Assembly: GCA_034431435.1 (NCBI GenBank)
Contig: DAOUDG010000016.1
Coordinates: 70,574-134,573 of the forward strand
Direction: 5' to 3'
DNA from: Anaerolineae bacterium
GTDB lineage: Bacteria > Chloroflexota > Anaerolineae > Epilineales > JAHCIE01
DNA length: 64,000 nucleotides
Both the position numbers and the translations under genes were made by a program. Each line of letters opens with the position of its first letter. Position 1 is the stretch's first letter. Shown one piece after another: positions 61,994-64,000 of this stretch. The notes under the pieces were generated by a model. That model did not search any database. It was not told where the DNA came from and was given only the letters and a program-made list of their open reading frames with translations.

Positions 61994-63604
61994 ATGACCG
62001 ATTATACGCCCGACGCACGCGAGAAGGCGCTCGCGTTGCCGTCGTTGCTGCCGCCGCAGCTCCTTGTCCGCGAGCTGGCCTGCTTCGCCGTCGCGTTTGT
62101 CGGCGCTCTTCTCCTCTATGTGCCGTTCCTATCGATTCAGTTCGATGTCAATGGGATCATCGAAGCCCAGGCGGTGGAGCGCGGCGGAACGTTCCTGTTC
62201 TCCCCTAATCGGCTGTTGTATCGAGCCATAGGAGCGCTGGGGTACGAGCTGGCGCTACGGAGTTCCGGCCCATCGTTGCCGCTGTTGCAGTTCCTGAGCG
62301 CGTTCCTGTCGAGCGTAGCCATCGCGGTGTTCTGCGTCGTGGCTTTTCGGCTCACGAAGAGCATGACCGCATCGCTCTGGGCCACGGCCCTGTTGGCGAC
62401 ATCGTGGTCGTTCTGGGCCTACAGCACCGATGCCTATTACATCACCCCGGCCGCGCTGGCCATCTTCTGCGCCCTGGCGCTGCTCATTCCAGCGACGACC
62501 AGCCTGCGAGCAGCCATCGGCGCGGCGGTGTTTGTCAGTGTGGGTATCCTGTTGTGGCAGGCCAACATCTTCGCCATTCCCTTGTGCCTCGGCCTCCTGC
62601 TCTTCTACGCGCCGCGCCGCGCCCGACGCCGACGGCGGACAAACGCTCTGGCCTTCCTGGTGGTCGTCGGCGGCCTGACCGCAGCCAGCTATCTCACCGT
62701 GGCGGTCGCTGTCCATGGCCTCGGTGATGGGAAGGCGCTGCTCGACTGGCTGCTATCCCACGGCAGCGATGAATTCGGTCGCCCGCCGATCTGGGGCGTC
62801 TGGTCCCTCGACCGGGTCCCGGCCGCCGCCGTGGCGGCCATCTCTAGCTGGATTCCCGTGTGGGATGGTCTGGGCTTGAGGAAGTTAGCCCAGGGTCAGT
62901 TCCAGCTGCACAAGCTCGTCCCCCAGCTCTCCCTGGTCTCGCTGGGTATGCTGGCTGCCCTCCTGAGCCACGAGCCTACCCGCTGGAAACCAGCGCGCCC
63001 CGAATGGCGGCGGCTGGGGTGGCTGCTACTGGCCGGCTATCTTCTCTATATGCCCTTCGTGGTGTGGTGGGATCCGGCTCCCAAGTGGTTCGTCATCCCC
63101 AACGCCTTCCTGGTGTTGGGCGCCGCCCTCATGCTGTCCAGGCGCCTGCACCGCAGGAATCCAGGCCCCGTGTTCTTGTACGCCAGCCTGGTCGCCATCG
63201 TCGCGGCGGCCAACTTCACCACCTCCGTGTATCCGCGTCACACCATGTCCGGCCCGGAGATTCCCGTCGCGGAGTGCTTTGTGCAGGCGACCACGCCGCA
63301 GGATGCGCTGGTCCCGCTCGACTGGGCCTGGACGGAGTACGCGACGTATCTGTTTGGCTATCAAGGCAGGATCCTCGGACTCCCGCCGAATCTATCGGCC
63401 GTAGGCCCTATCCGCGCCGCCATCGAGAGCGCTGAGAGGTCCGGCGGCAGTGTGTACGTTGTGGACAGGCGCGACGCCCCGGCCGACGTCAAGCAGCGCA
63501 TCCGTGACACCGGCTATGCGCTCGATGCCGTCCTGGTGTTTGAGCACGAGCCTGCCTTCTCGTGTGGCGACATACACTTTTCGCGGTTACGAGCCACTCC
63601 CTAG
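61994..63604 (+). CDS. Multi-pass membrane protein, candidate GT-C-fold (ArnT/PMT-like) glycosyltransferase
   Basis: About 10-12 hydrophobic segments. Acidic first extracytoplasmic loop (FDVNGIIEAQAVERG). Basic loop PRRARRRRRTN. Large C-terminal soluble domain. The family call is inference. Confidence 0.45.
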   Translation: MTDYTPDAREKALALPSLLPPQLLVRELACFAVAFVGALLLYVPFLSIQFDVNGIIEAQAVERGGTFLFSPNRLLYRAIGALGYELALRSSGPSLPLLQFLSAFLSSVAIAVFCVVAFRLTKSMTASLWATALLATSWSFWAYSTDAYYITPAALAIFCALALLIPATTSLRAAIGAAVFVSVGILLWQANIFAIPLCLGLLLFYAPRRARRRRRTNALAFLVVVGGLTAASYLTVAVAVHGLGDGKALLDWLLSHGSDEFGRPPIWGVWSLDRVPAAAVAAISSWIPVWDGLGLRKLAQGQFQLHKLVPQLSLVSLGMLAALLSHEPTRWKPARPEWRRLGWLLLAGYLLYMPFVVWWDPAPKWFVIPNAFLVLGAALMLSRRLHRRNPGPVFLYASLVAIVAAANFTTSVYPRHTMSGPEIPVAECFVQATTPQDALVPLDWAWTEYATYLFGYQGRILGLPPNLSAVGPIRAAIESAERSGGSVYVVDRRDAPADVKQRIRDTGYALDAVLVFEHEPAFSCGDIHFSRLRATP

Positions 63605-63906
63605 CGCCACTCGCGCCCGGCCCTGAAGTATCCTGGCGCCACCCCCTAGCGCGCCGTCCGTGTCAGCCCGGAACGCCTCCAGCAGGCGCGCCGGGCAGGC
63701 GCGGGCGGGGAGAGCGGGACAGATGCGCGTGAGCCCATTCGTCCCCCCCGGTGGGTTCACATCCCCCTGGACGTCTGTCCCGCACCTCTCCCCTTAGCCC
63801 CCGCCTCATCTGACTTTGCTGCTGGTTCCCGGTCGGTTGCGCCGCGCTGGCTTGACTGGCCCCCAAGACACTCCTGACCCCCGTGAGACCCTGGAGTTAC
63901 GCACTA

Positions 63907-64000
63907 TGGACCTCTCGATCATCGTCCCGTGCTACAACGAAGCCGAGAACACCGACAAGCTGCGGCGCGAACTATTCCCCGTCCTGGCGGAACTGGCGCA
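63907..64000 (+). CDS. GT2 glycosyltransferase, 3' truncated by the window edge
   Basis: MDLSIIVPCYNEAENTDKL is the canonical GT2 N-terminus (DXD-family). Confidence 0.55.

Overview
This is a high-GC, gene-dense bacterial chromosomal segment with about 55 protein-coding genes, many with overlapping stop/start codons (ATGA, TGATG, cTTGAcc). It carries two structured RNA genes on the minus strand, tRNA-Ser(GGA) and an SRP (4.5S) RNA that the ORF track cannot show. A T-box leader upstream of valS, together with the compact operon style, suggests a Chloroflexota-like genome, but no search was possible to confirm this. Contents in order: a putative peptide/acyl-amino-acid catabolic operon (MlrC-like M81 peptidase, FAD oxidoreductase, AstE/AspA deacylase); rsmA; SRP RNA and tRNA-Ser; a nucleotidyltransferase/GNAT pair; a DUF187 (GHL10) secreted hydrolase; a macro-domain protein; a long mixed operon (hutU, a MoaD-like beta-grasp, mpg, aroK, a 1222-aa GH13 protein, glycerate kinase, galE, GT4); a CoA-transferase; an alpha/beta hydrolase with a TetR regulator; a divergent MFS transporter; a Mut7-C RNase with a ubiquitin-like N-terminus; a first polysaccharide cluster (GT4, SGNH hydrolase, SHMT-like enzyme, ferritin-like protein, GT4, priming phosphoglycosyltransferase, FmdB); the T-box-regulated valS; ppk2 next to ppk1; a DSP phosphatase with a CDGSH iron-sulfur protein; an L,D-transpeptidase; a Tat dienelactone hydrolase; manA-like and uxuA. 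The two most unusual loci are (i) a 736-aa protein with an uncharacterized ~310-aa N-terminal module fused to an acyl-ACP-reductase (AAR)-like domain, and (ii) a cluster at 51.7-64 kb. That cluster begins with a 1170-aa ATPase-TPR-wHTH/BTAD regulator (SARP domain order inverted), a 36-aa ORF and a repeat-bearing 580-bp leader. A specialised NusG paralog follows, then an HddA-like heptose kinase, a GmhB-like phosphatase, a hexapeptide acyltransferase, a polyprenyl-phosphate GT2, a cobalamin-dependent radical SAM enzyme, a multi-TM GT-C-like protein and a further GT2. Most long antisense ORFs in the track are GC-driven artefacts.
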